Positions 45,986 through 56,686 of a stretch of 64,000 nt of DNA are shown here, in pieces. The translations under genes and the position numbers were made by a program. Every line of letters begins with the position of its first letter. Within the stretch, counting starts at the first letter, position 1. Origin of the DNA: Blastocladiella emersonii ATCC 22665. Its lineage: Eukaryota; Fungi; Blastocladiomycota. The stretch is from NCBI GenBank assembly GCA_025594325.1, contig JANHCV010000002.1:248001-312000 (forward strand), in the 5' to 3' direction. The notes under the pieces are model-generated. The model had not been told where the DNA came from. It made no database searches and was given only the letters and a program-made list of their open reading frames with translations.

Positions 45986-48900
45986 ATGGATGCGCACATG
46001 AACGGACGGGGGGAAGTGGGAGCAAAGGCCCCCGCGGAGCAATCGCCGCTGCCGCGCACCCCGCCGGCCGCCACCGCTGTGGCACGCGGTGTCTCCAACA
46101 GAGTTGTCCGCCAGCAGCAGCAGAACGGCGCAGCACAGCCACGTCGCGCCAGCACCAACAGCCCGACGGCCACGGGGAACGTCACCGTGACTGACATTGT
46201 GGCGCAGTGCCGAATCTTCGCGTCGCGTTCTGGGTCGACGTCCGCCGAGCAGCCGCCGGCCTCGCGACACGGCCGCCGCAAGTCAAGAGACATTACGAGC
46301 TCGCACTCGCTCGTCGACGGTACGCGCGCCCCTCGCTCGGCACCTACCCCCTTCCCCCGGTCCGAAAACGTCTCCATCCCTGCCATCGCCCACTCGACCA
46401 TCTCGAACTCGGCACGTCACGGGCCTGCTCCACCTTCCACGATCCACTTCACGCTTCGCGACTTGAATCGCACGATCCTGCCTCCCATCCAATCTTCCTC
46501 TCTCCTCGCAGTCCTCCCGTGATCACCGGCGTAGCCCTTGCAGTAACGCAGACCGTGTCGCTGTCGCGTAGACGCCAGCGACTCGTCGCGCCCGCCCAAC
46601 TCGGACCCGCTCCTCGTGCACGCCGACTCGGCCGGCGCACCGTCCATTGTCGTGTGGACCTCTGCCCCGCAGCTCTCCGAAGCCGAGCCGGGCCCGGCCC
46701 CTGATCGCGCCGTCGCACACGCTTCCTCCGCGTCATCTACCTCTACCTCGGCACCGGCACCGGCTCCGGCCCCGCCGCAACATAACATCAACACCATGCC
46801 GCCCGCGCTCGGCCATGGCCAGTCGCAGTCCGACACCCGCATCGCCGTCATGGACACGAGCAGCACGCTGCCGCACCCAAGGCGGGGTGCGGGCGACTCG
46901 CCGCCCGCGCCGTCCCGGTCGGCCCTCACCGCGAGCTCGGCCGTCGGCGGCGCCATGACCACGATCCCGCGCCGCGTCAGCGCGCCCATGGAGCTGCTCG
47001 TCGGTCCGGCGCTGACCGACAGCTCTGGCCTGTCGACGATCGCCAGTAGCCGCGCGACGCCGAGCCCCGTCACGACCATGGGCCGCGGCGTCACCGTGTT
47101 CCGTTCCGGGTCCGACGAGAGCCTGACGCTACACGACACAACGGGCCGCATGGCCGTGCTGTCCGTCAACCCGCCCATGGCCGCCACGTCGTCGGCGGCC
47201 GGCCACGGCCACCACAGCAACCCGCGCCCGCTTGACTATATCACGTCGGCGCTGACGCCGCTGTCGCGCAAGTCGCAGTCCAACAACAACTCGTTCCAGC
47301 AGTCGGGGACCAGTCTGACGAGCATCACCGAGGACCACGACGAGGCCGTGCCCGCCCCGAAGCGCAACAACACGGACCCGTGGTCGTCCGGATCCACCAA
47401 CGGGTCCACGGCGCAGACCACGTCGCAGCCGCGTACCACGTCGCCGACCTACTACACGGCGCCGCTCGGGCTCGGGTTCCCGCGCAGCGGGACCATCGCG
47501 ACGTCCGGGCGCAACTCGCTGCGCGTCGAGGACGGATCCAGCAACACGGACAACATGAACACGTCGCCCAACTCGTCCATCGCCACGTTCCAGTCGACGG
47601 CGTGGAACTCGCCCACGGGCAGCAAGGCCGCGGCCTCGGCCTCGGCCAGCAGCATCATTGCCGGTCCGAGCGACAAGCCCATGTCCGCGCGGCGCACCGC
47701 GCCCGCGTCCGCGTCGTCGGTCCTCGCGCGCATCGAGGCGGGCGGCGGCTCGCCAACACCGCCGACGCGCGTGCGCAGCAACTCCAAGTCGGCGTCGCAC
47801 AACATCGCGCCGCTCGTTCCGCCGTCGCTGTCGATCATGCGCTCGACGGGCGACGTGTCGCCCCTCCCCGGCAGCACACCCGCGATTGGCCCGAGCGTTC
47901 CCGGGAGCAAGGACATCAGCGGGTCTCGCGCACCCAGCGACGTATCGCAGTCCGATATCAAGGCGTCGGCGGACGCGAGCGACCTGGGCGAGGAGAGCGG
48001 GGCCGAGGACCCGCCGGACCACGATCTCGTCGGGCTCGAGCGGCGCGACTGGCGCGAGCTGCCCGTGATCCGGCCCGTGTTCCGCTTCTTCTACCTGCGG
48101 CTGTGGCTGCCGGTGTCGGAGCTGTGCGCGAAGCACGTCGGGTACGCGATGCAGCACCCGGAGGCGCGCGTGTGGGGCATCATGGATATCGTGTCGCGGC
48201 TGCTCGACATGTTCTACCTCATGGTCACGCCGGTGCTCGTCGCGTTCATCTGCGACCTCTCGCACACGTACATCAAGGTGTTCCTCGCGCTCGACGTGCT
48301 CCTGACCGTGTCCGTGTTCCTCGACTACGTGCGGCCGCGGTACGACCAGTACGGCGAGCTGCTCACCGAGTCGACGCGGAAACGGAAACTCTTCTTCAGC
48401 AAGTGGACCAACTGGCTCGAGCTGCTCAGCGTGCTGCCCGCCGACTGGTTCGTGCTCGCGGCGAGCCCGTACTTTTCGGGCCACGTGCACTTCTGCGAGA
48501 ACCCGCGGTACGTGTATGAGGTGGCAGGCGTGTTCTCGACGTCGCCGCTCAACCACATGCACGAGGAGCCGCGGCTCCGCTACATGTACCACGAAGAGTA
48601 CGTTCTCCCGACGCGGTTGCACCACACGTTTCGCTCTTCTCATCCTCACCAGCCCTCCGCGACGTGCGTGCGTGTAGCGATATCGCGAGCATCGTCGTCA
48701 TCTACTCGGGCCTCCGCGCGATCCGCATGCTGCACACCATCAAGACCGTGTTCTGGGTCAAGGACACCAAGATCCCGTTCCTGCGGCGCGCCGTCTCGCG
48801 GCTCGCCAAGAACCTGCTCACGGCCATCTACATCTCGCACTGGAACGGCTGCGTGTTCTGGTTCCTCGACACCCAGCTCGCCGAGGAGAAGCGGTTCATC

Positions 48901-50585
48901 GACCAACGGCTCACGGACCACCACGGGCTGCCGTCCAGCTTCATCTACCGGTTCATCTTCAACTAGTACGTTGACCACCTTCGTTCTTGCTCGGGCGTCG
49001 CACTGACACACTCGGTTCGTGTAGCGTGGACGCGCAAAAGGCGCTCTTCTTCCTCCTGCGCGAGGTCGAGCTGCTGCCCGAGGTCACGTACCAGGCCGTG
49101 GAGATGCTGATCGCGGCCGTGATCTACGGCTCCATCTTCGGAAACCTCGTGTCCATTGTCCGCTCGTTTGACGACCAGGCCGCCTTCGACAAGACGAGTA
49201 CGTGTTCGCTGAGCGGGTTGTTGTCGCGTTGGCTGACACCTCGCCGTGTAGTCAAGAGCCGCAACTTCAAGACGATGCTGCTGCGCAACTACCTGCGCGA
49301 GAACAAGTTCCCGCCACGGCTGCAGCGCAAGATTCTGGACCAGGGTACGCGTCATGGTGGCCGTGGCCATCTTCTCGGCGCTGACTGACTCGAGCTTGTA
49401 GAGGAGTTCGACTTTCTGCACAAGAAGGGCATGGACACGGAGGAGCTGTTTGTCGGCCTCCCGCGGCCGCTGCGGCAGGAGGTCGGGATCCACCTGTACC
49501 TCGAGCTCGTCAACAAGGTGCCGCTGTTCGCCAAGACGGACGACTCGTTCAAGGTGGCGCTGACGGAGCGGATCACGACCATCTCGGTGCCCGCGGGCTT
49601 CTACGTACGTTCGTCGCCGTCTGCTACTCGATGTGCGGACACTGACGCGCCCACTCGCGTGTAGATCTGCAAGGCGGGCGACCCGGGCACGGAAATGTAC
49701 TTTATCCGGCAAGGGTCCGTGGACATCATGCCGGCGGACGAGTCGCGGGTGTTCGTGACGCTCAAGGCCGGGGCCTTCTTTGGCGAGATCGCGCTCATGG
49801 GTACGTGGGCGGCCCAGTGCCGAGTGTCGCCATCAGCTCACCCTGCATCGACGGCGGACATAGAGGACTCGCGGCGCACGGCGACGGCCAAGACGGCCGA
49901 GGTGACGCAGCTGTGCGTGCTCAGCAAGCAGGACTTCAAGGAGATCATGCAGGCGTTCCCGACGATTGCCGAGATGCTGTACAAGCACGTGCAGGATACC
50001 AAGGAGCAGGACGCGAAGCGCAAGCTCGCCGAGGCCGCCGAGAAGCTGCGCAAGGAGCTCGAGGAGGCCGAGAAGGCCAAGCTGCGCAAGTCGCGCCGCA
50101 GCTACATGAGCGGGTCCAAGGACAGCAAGGGTATCCTGCCGCGCATCGTCTCGGGCGCGTCGCGCCGCGTCGGCGCGTCCCGCCGCAGCATCCTCAACTC
50201 GATGCGGTCCGTCGGCGGCACGGGGACGGGCACTGCACACAGTACGGCGACCGGGTCCTCGCTCAACCCCGACGACCGCCGCGACAGCATCAACGCCGGC
50301 AGCGCGGCCGCCGGGCTCGCGCTCCTCCCCACGACCGGGTCCAGCGACTCGAGCAGCCTCGGCGCCGGCGAGCACACGTCCGTGTCGCGCAAGGTGCTCA
50401 CGGCGCTCACCACGCCGCTGTCGGGCATCGCGTCGTCGCAGTCCCCACCGTCCCTGCACAACACGCTGTCGCGGAACGGCGGCGACGGCGTCCGCGGCCG
50501 CCCGCTGCTCGAGCCGGTGCCCGCGGCCGAGGACCACGAGCGGTCGGCCGCGTCGATATACCAGGACTCGAGCAGGGAGCACTAG
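45986..50585 (+). CDS. Cyclic-nucleotide-binding-domain (CNG/KCNH-like) 6TM channel with long low-complexity N-terminus
   Basis: S1-S3 helices; S4 LRAIRMLHTIK; S5 ISHWNGC; S6 MLIAAVIYGSIFGN; C-linker; CNBD ICKAGDPGTEMYFIRQG..FFGEIAL..RRTAT. Multiple short introns; 5' exon 45986-46319 is tentative. Confidence 0.85.
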
Positions 50586-50767
50586 CGTAGACCAGGGGAT
50601 AGAGTAATAACATAGGCATCACATTTTGGGACTGGCGTGTTCATGAAGAGGGGGGAGGGAGAGAGCGGGAGCGCGAAACGGGGCGAGCGGCTTCCTAAGT
50701 CGCGCGCGACCCTCGCCTCAGGCTCTCGCTCTCCAACCAGCAGACTTCCCATGCAAACTTGAATCTC

Positions 50768-51673
50768 ATGTCCGGACGAAACAACCTGTACCCGTTCGGC
50801 CCGACGGCGCTGCCGGGCGAGCTCATCGAGGCAATCGCGGTGCGCGTCGCGCTCGTGCACGACTGGTTCGCGCTGGCGCGCACGTCGCGCACCATGTACG
50901 CGCTGCTGGTCGGCGACCGCCTCAACGTGCAGCGGTGGCTCGCGCGCAACGCGTGGCGCGCGTCGCTCGTGCAACCGGCGTCGACGGACCGTCTCGGCGC
51001 CGGGTGGGACGCTGCAGCGTCGCCCGTGCTTCGCTTCGCCAACCTCGAGGACGTTGTGCTCTCCGCGAGCCAGCCGCGGCAGCACCCGGCAAACACGGCA
51101 CACACGGTCGTCCAGCTCGCGACACACGCCGGCGTCCGGCTCCCGTACGCGCGGCTGCTCGAGTTCTGCGCGCCCGACGCGGTCACGGCGCACTCGGGGC
51201 GAGTCAACAACCGCGCGCTCGAGTACTCGGTGCACCTGCTCGGCCGCGTGCTGCCCGCGGTCCTGCGGCATATTTTGGAATTGGCGCCCGTCGTCGACGA
51301 CGCGGTGCTCGACCGGGTCGCGGCGTGGCTCGGGTCTGAGGACGTGTCTGGTGCGGCCATGGGGCGGCCCATGGAGACGGTGCCGGCGGACGCTGGCGAG
51401 CCGATGCACGCGACGCTCCTGCCGTACTTTTGCGACACGCAGCTATCGTGGCACGCGCACCGGTACCAGTACGAGACCTTTGTCGTGCCCGTGTTCCGCA
51501 CCGCGTTCAGCGGGTTGCACGCGGCGAGGGAGCGGCGCGGGCTCGCGCGGATCGATGACGCGGTCCCGAAGCGCGCGAGGGCGATGGTGCGCCGCCGGAT
51601 CAACCACACGCAGTCGTACGACTACGACACGGGCGAGTACCTGACGGTCGACGAGCTGCCGCAGTGGGATTGA
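50768..51673 (+). CDS. F-box-like protein
   Basis: LPGELIEAIAVRVALVHDWFALARTSRTMYALL resembles an F-box; remainder unrecognised. Confidence 0.5.
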   Translation: MSGRNNLYPFGPTALPGELIEAIAVRVALVHDWFALARTSRTMYALLVGDRLNVQRWLARNAWRASLVQPASTDRLGAGWDAAASPVLRFANLEDVVLSASQPRQHPANTAHTVVQLATHAGVRLPYARLLEFCAPDAVTAHSGRVNNRALEYSVHLLGRVLPAVLRHILELAPVVDDAVLDRVAAWLGSEDVSGAAMGRPMETVPADAGEPMHATLLPYFCDTQLSWHAHRYQYETFVVPVFRTAFSGLHAARERRGLARIDDAVPKRARAMVRRRINHTQSYDYDTGEYLTVDELPQWD

Positions 51674-51703
51674 TTGGTATACATGTATTGCTCCTCTTCC
51701 CGC

Positions 51704-52114
51704 CTAAACGCGCTTCCCGTTGGCGTCGTAGAGCACGGCGCGCGCGTGGCTGCGGCACAACTTGAAGGCGGCAGAGATCGTGCCAACGAACTCGTACTCC
51801 TCGCGGAACTGCGTGTTGTACCAGGTGGTGAAGTTAGACCATCCCTTGGCGTACCGGTCCGCGACGTAGATGGACGCGCACGTGTTGCTGAACTCGGACG
51901 GCTCGCGCGTCGCGCCCAGGTACACCTTGTACACCTTGCCGTCCTCGGGGAACAGCACCGAGACCTCGGTCACGGCGCCGTTCGACTCGACCCACAGCCG
52001 CTCGAGCGTCTCGGTCAGGTGGATGAAGTTGTAGACGAGATCGGTCGAGCCTGGGTGCAGCCGCACGTCGGGCGCGGTCCTGACCATCTGGATCACGGCG
52101 TCGGCGTGGCACAT
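51704..52114 (-). CDS. Small hypothetical protein (~136 aa)
   Basis: CACCATG context, GC3-rich codons, MCHADAVIQMV..DANGKRV. Confidence 0.55.
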   Translation of the reverse strand: MCHADAVIQMVRTAPDVRLHPGSTDLVYNFIHLTETLERLWVESNGAVTEVSVLFPEDGKVYKVYLGATREPSEFSNTCASIYVADRYAKGWSNFTTWYNTQFREEYEFVGTISAAFKLCRSHARAVLYDANGKRV

Positions 52115-53342
52115 GGTGGTGCTGGTTCGTTGCGGATGTGGGGCGGAGCTTGAGTCGAGGACGACCACGACAGCGGTACTTGAGGGGCACGCGGTGCGTC
52201 GGCTTCATGCGGCACGCGCCCAGATCGCGCTCGACTGCCTGGGCGGGTAGCGGCCTAGTGCCTGGCTGCCGCAGCCGAGCGCGGAGAAGAAGCAGGACGA
52301 GGGCCAAAGTAGCAAAACATCCTCGTGCGAGGCAATGAAGATATCTTCGAGACGTTTAAAACACGACACCCTGCTGATGATACGGGTGGATGCTGTAAGA
52401 CGCTCGTGGTCGTAGACATAACGTTCAGCAGAGGTAGTGGGCCGTGGAGCCGTCTCCACGTTGGCCGGTCGATCGACATGGACTTCATGCGAGTGCGAGT
52501 TCGGATGTGCTTCCACAACGGACCGTTGGCGCCAGCGGGAGTGCGGCACGAGGTCGGCGGGCGAAGGCGCGGGGCGGTGGGCGGAGGAGCAACAGAGGTT
52601 GGGGACACGGTCAGGCGATTCCACGCGACGTGGTTGCCATGCGCCACAATGGCGTCACTCTGCCGAGGCGCGTCGCGCGGTCGCAGTCGCGTTTGCCGCT
52701 TGTCGCCGAGGTGTGGCGCGCCCGTATCCGCCCGCTGTACGTCACCGCCGCTGCTGCAACGCATCAACGACCGCCGCAACTTGGTGCACTGTGCCGTGCC
52801 GTGCCCGCCGTCCCGAGCCGCCCCATCGCGCCGGACCGTGCCCCGTCACCGCGAAAGCAAGCGAGCTGTATCATCGCAGCCGTATCCGCGCTCCCTCGCT
52901 ACCGCCGCCAGCCACGACGCGACCTTGCTCCGTGGCTTTCATTGCATCACCGCGACCGCTCCCGGCATAGCGTTTCTCCGCGCCCGTGCCACCCCCGCGC
53001 ACACATCACCGCGCGATCAGGCTCCTCCTGCCCGCTGGTTGTCAACACCTGCCTCTGCCGACGGTGCGCTTCCTCTCTCTCTCTCCGCTGCCCTACTCCT
53101 CATCCAGCACAACTCCACGGTGTGTCATCTGCCTGCTGCGCGAAATGAAGGCGTCGCCGGCTTTGCCCGACCAGCATGGGTCCTCGCCCAGAACAGCGCC
53201 ACGAGGCAGGCGACCGACCGACCGCGAAATGAAGTTGCTAACCTCCACCGCCGCCTGTTCTCTCTCTCTCTCTCCCTGTGTCTAGTCTTCCACAACAAAA
53301 CCCACTCGTTCCCGTAACCGACCACCGAGACCGCCCGCCACC

Positions 53343-55955
53343 ATGACGACGCTACTCTACGACGTCCTGGGGTGGATCTTCTCCTTTGTGATCGGCATCT
53401 TCTTCCGCGAGATCAAGGCCCGCGGCGCCCAGAACATCCCCAAGTTCGGGCCCGTCATCTTCGTTGCGGCCCCGCACCACAACCAGTTTGTCGACCCGCT
53501 CATGCTCATCAAGACGGCGCGCCGCCGCCTCGGCTTCCTCTCGGCCCAGAAGACCATGGACCGCAAGTGGGTCGGCAAGGCCGCCAAGGCCTTTGGCGCC
53601 ATCGGCGTCACCCGCACCCAGGACATTGCCGTGCGCCTGCCCGCCAACCTGCACCTCGCCGACCCCGTCAACGCGCCCGACCTGCTCACCCTCGTCGGCG
53701 GTCCCACCCTCGACGACATGATCGCCAAGGGCGCCGTCCAGCCCGGCTTCTCGCTCCTCTTCACCCTGCCGCTCCAGGGCAACCGCGGCGGCGACATCAC
53801 CGCCGAGATCGCCGACGTCGTCAACCCGACCACCCTGCGCGTCCGCCGCGCCATCACCGACCCGGACCTCGTCGCCGCCCTCGCCTTCCCCGGCGGGTTC
53901 AAGGCCAAGGTTGCCGCCAAGGTCGACTACAACCAAATGTACGAGGCCGTCTTCGAGCGCCTCAACGACGGCCGCTGCATCGGCATCTTCCCCGAGGGCG
54001 GCTCGCACGACCGCTCCGAGCTGCTCCCCTTCAAGGCCGGCGTCACCATCATGGCCCTCGGCGCCATGGCGAAATACCCCGGCCTCGACGTCAAGCTCGT
54101 CCCCGTCGGCCTGTCCTACTTCCACGCCGACCGGTTCCGGTCGCGCGCCGTGGTCGAGTATGGCGCCCCGATCACAGTCCCCAAGGAGCTCGTCGACCAG
54201 TACAAGGCCGGCGGGAACGACAAGCGCAACGCGTGCAAGGCCCTGCTCGACGTGGTCCAGGCCGCCGTCGCCAACGTGACCGTGACCGCGCCCGACTACG
54301 GCACCCTCATGGTCGTCCAGGCCGTCCGCCGCCTGTACCGCCCGCTCAACCGCAAGCTCACGCTCGTCCAGAAGCTCGAGCTCACGCGCCGCCTCATGAA
54401 GGGGTACACGCAGTACCGCGACGACCCGCGCGTCCGCGACCTCGAGCAGAAGGTCCAGTACTACAACCAGCTGCTCGCCTACTACGGCCTCCAGGACCAC
54501 CAGGTCGAGCGCACCGCGATCGGCGGGATGCGCGCCCTCTCGCTCCTCGTCCAGCGCCTGTTCCTGCTCGTCATCATGGCCATTGTCGCCCTCCCCGGCA
54601 CCCTGCTCAACGCGCCCATCGCCATCGCCGCGTCCAAGATCTCGACCCAGAAGGCCAAGGAGGCCCTCGCCGCGTCCACCGTCAAGATCGAGGGCCGCGA
54701 CGTGCTCGCGACCTGGAAGCTGCTCGTCACGCTGGTCCTGGTCCCGCTCACGTACCTGCTGTACACGTTCGCGACGTGGGTCCTGGTCCGGTTCGTGCTC
54801 GTGCTCGCGTCGCCGTGGACGTGGCTCGTGCCGCTGCTCGTGTTCGGCGGGCTCCCCTACCTGTCCCTGATCGCGCTGTCGTGGGGCGAGACGGGCGCCG
54901 ATATCTACAAGTCGCTGCCGCCGCTCTTCTTCTCGATCCTGCCCACGCGCTGGCACTCGTCGCACAACCTCCGCCAGGTCCGCGCGCAGCTCGCGCGCGA
55001 CCTCAACGATATCATCAACGAGCTCGGGCCCACCATGTTCCCCGACTTCAAGACCTTCTTCCTGAAGGATACCGAGATCCCCGCCACCCAGCAGTCCGCT
55101 GCCGGCCTCAAGCGCGTCTCGTCGTGGGTCTCGTCGTGGCTCGTCCAGCAAGGCGTCGCGCCCTCGTCCAAGTCGGGGATCAACCTCGCCCTCGGCCTGC
55201 CCAGCGACGGCAGCGTGCCCGGCGCCAAGTCCGGGCTCGGCCTGCACCTCACCGTACCCGGCTCGGCCCCGCCCAGCCGCACCGGCTCCGAGATCGAGGC
55301 CACGCACGACCTCACCAAGTACTTTGTATCGAGCCCCATCACCCCGGTCGCGTCGCACTCGCTGCTCAGTGATGCGGCGTCGACGTCCTCGGCGTCGTCG
55401 TCGTCCGTGTCCCCGTCCTCGCCAACAGGCGCCGCCGCCGCGCTCAACCGCGCGCACGGCTCGTCGTCGTCCATGGCGTCGACCAAGTCCAAGGTCGTCG
55501 TCGTTCTCTCGAGCAACGGCACCACGACTACGACGACTACGACGTCGTCGTCGAGCAGCGGTGGCCGCACCACGTCTCCGCTCGCCACCTCGGCCTCGGC
55601 CGGCAGCCCCGACTCTGTCGACTCGGACGACGAGGGCATCGTCGTGATCAAGGCCTCGGACGTGCTCAAGAACACCACCACCGCCGTCAACCGGAGGCCC
55701 AACGCGACGGGCTCCGCGGACGAGAGTACGGGCGAGGCGGCGGCGTCCTCGTCCTCGTCGGCCGCGCCGGTGGCGGCTCCCGGCCCCGTCCCTGCGCCTG
55801 CGCCTGCGCCCGCGGCTCCCGCCCCCGTCCCCGCCGTCGTGTCCGAGGACAAGCCGGCGAAGAAGGCCAAGAAGAGCAAGAAGTCGGACAAGGACGGCTC
55901 GTCGTCGTCGTCCTCCTCATCCTCGTCGTCGTCGTCCGGCTCGGACTCGGATTAG
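53343..55955 (+). CDS. SCT1: Glycerol-3-phosphate/DHAP acyltransferase (fungal Sct1/Gpt2 family)
   Basis: FVAAPHHNQFVDP (HxxxxD), GIFPEGGSHDR, KIEGRDVLATWK, TM segments, Ser-rich tail. Confidence 0.92.
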   Translation: MTTLLYDVLGWIFSFVIGIFFREIKARGAQNIPKFGPVIFVAAPHHNQFVDPLMLIKTARRRLGFLSAQKTMDRKWVGKAAKAFGAIGVTRTQDIAVRLPANLHLADPVNAPDLLTLVGGPTLDDMIAKGAVQPGFSLLFTLPLQGNRGGDITAEIADVVNPTTLRVRRAITDPDLVAALAFPGGFKAKVAAKVDYNQMYEAVFERLNDGRCIGIFPEGGSHDRSELLPFKAGVTIMALGAMAKYPGLDVKLVPVGLSYFHADRFRSRAVVEYGAPITVPKELVDQYKAGGNDKRNACKALLDVVQAAVANVTVTAPDYGTLMVVQAVRRLYRPLNRKLTLVQKLELTRRLMKGYTQYRDDPRVRDLEQKVQYYNQLLAYYGLQDHQVERTAIGGMRALSLLVQRLFLLVIMAIVALPGTLLNAPIAIAASKISTQKAKEALAASTVKIEGRDVLATWKLLVTLVLVPLTYLLYTFATWVLVRFVLVLASPWTWLVPLLVFGGLPYLSLIALSWGETGADIYKSLPPLFFSILPTRWHSSHNLRQVRAQLARDLNDIINELGPTMFPDFKTFFLKDTEIPATQQSAAGLKRVSSWVSSWLVQQGVAPSSKSGINLALGLPSDGSVPGAKSGLGLHLTVPGSAPPSRTGSEIEATHDLTKYFVSSPITPVASHSLLSDAASTSSASSSSVSPSSPTGAAAALNRAHGSSSSMASTKSKVVVVLSSNGTTTTTTTTSSSSSGGRTTSPLATSASAGSPDSVDSDDEGIVVIKASDVLKNTTTAVNRRPNATGSADESTGEAAASSSSSAAPVAAPGPVPAPAPAPAAPAPVPAVVSEDKPAKKAKKSKKSDKDGSSSSSSSSSSSSSGSDSD

Positions 55956-56263
55956 CCGAGCCCTGGCGTCGGTCCTTCGCGTGTGTCTGTGTCTGTGTGT
56001 GATTTGCGTAATAATTACCCCTCCCCCTTCTTATATCGATCGCTCTCGCGTCCTTGCAACACCGGTTCGGCAGCGTTTGCGAGCTTTGGTCGATCACGTC
56101 GAGCGAGGTGGAGCGACGCGCTGAGCCACCCGGCACGGCTGCGCCACCATCCTCAACCTGAAGCCCCAGCCGCGGCATCTCACTGATCTCATTCCCGTTG
56201 CATTCAGAGGTTCGCGCACGCGTGCATCGCGCGTGTATCAGGCGCCCGACGAAACTTATCCGT

Positions 56264-56610
56264 CTATCGCAGCGCGCCCACGGCGGGCAGCGGATGGAGC
56301 GGCACTGACCCTTGGGTGAGGCCACTCGCCAATGCCGCCAGCTCGGCGGCAGTGGAAGATGCGTCGCATGGGTGCCGAGGACAGCTCGATTGTAAGCTTG
56401 ATCGTGAGCGGGAGCGAGAGCTGGAGCAAGACCTGGCGCCGCGACTGCGACAACCGCGACCGCGAACGAGACCGCGAGCTCGAACAAGACCACGAGCTTG
56501 AGCGCGATGGCGCCGACTGTGTTTGGGCGATTTGCTTCGTTGTCGCGGGTGGTGTGAATGGAGGGAGCGGGCGTGGGAACGGGAGCGTGTGAGCGTGCTC
56601 AAGAGCGCGG
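56264..56610 (-). pseudogene. Frameshifted RS-domain relic downstream of SR10
   Basis: RSSSWSCSSSRSRSRSRLSQSRR and RSCSSSRSRSRSS lie in different frames, followed by ASSTAAELAALA; no RRM exons. Confidence 0.5.
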
Positions 56611-56686
56611 TTCCCTGCGAGGCGACGTTTCGCTGCATAGCCTGAATCCGTGTATTGTCAGCGCAAGCATCTCCTCCCCAGCACTC

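Noticed and set aside
52325-53317. 330-aa ORF upstream of GPAT and overlapping ORFs
   Set aside because: No codon bias or motif; overlaps the divergent promoter region.
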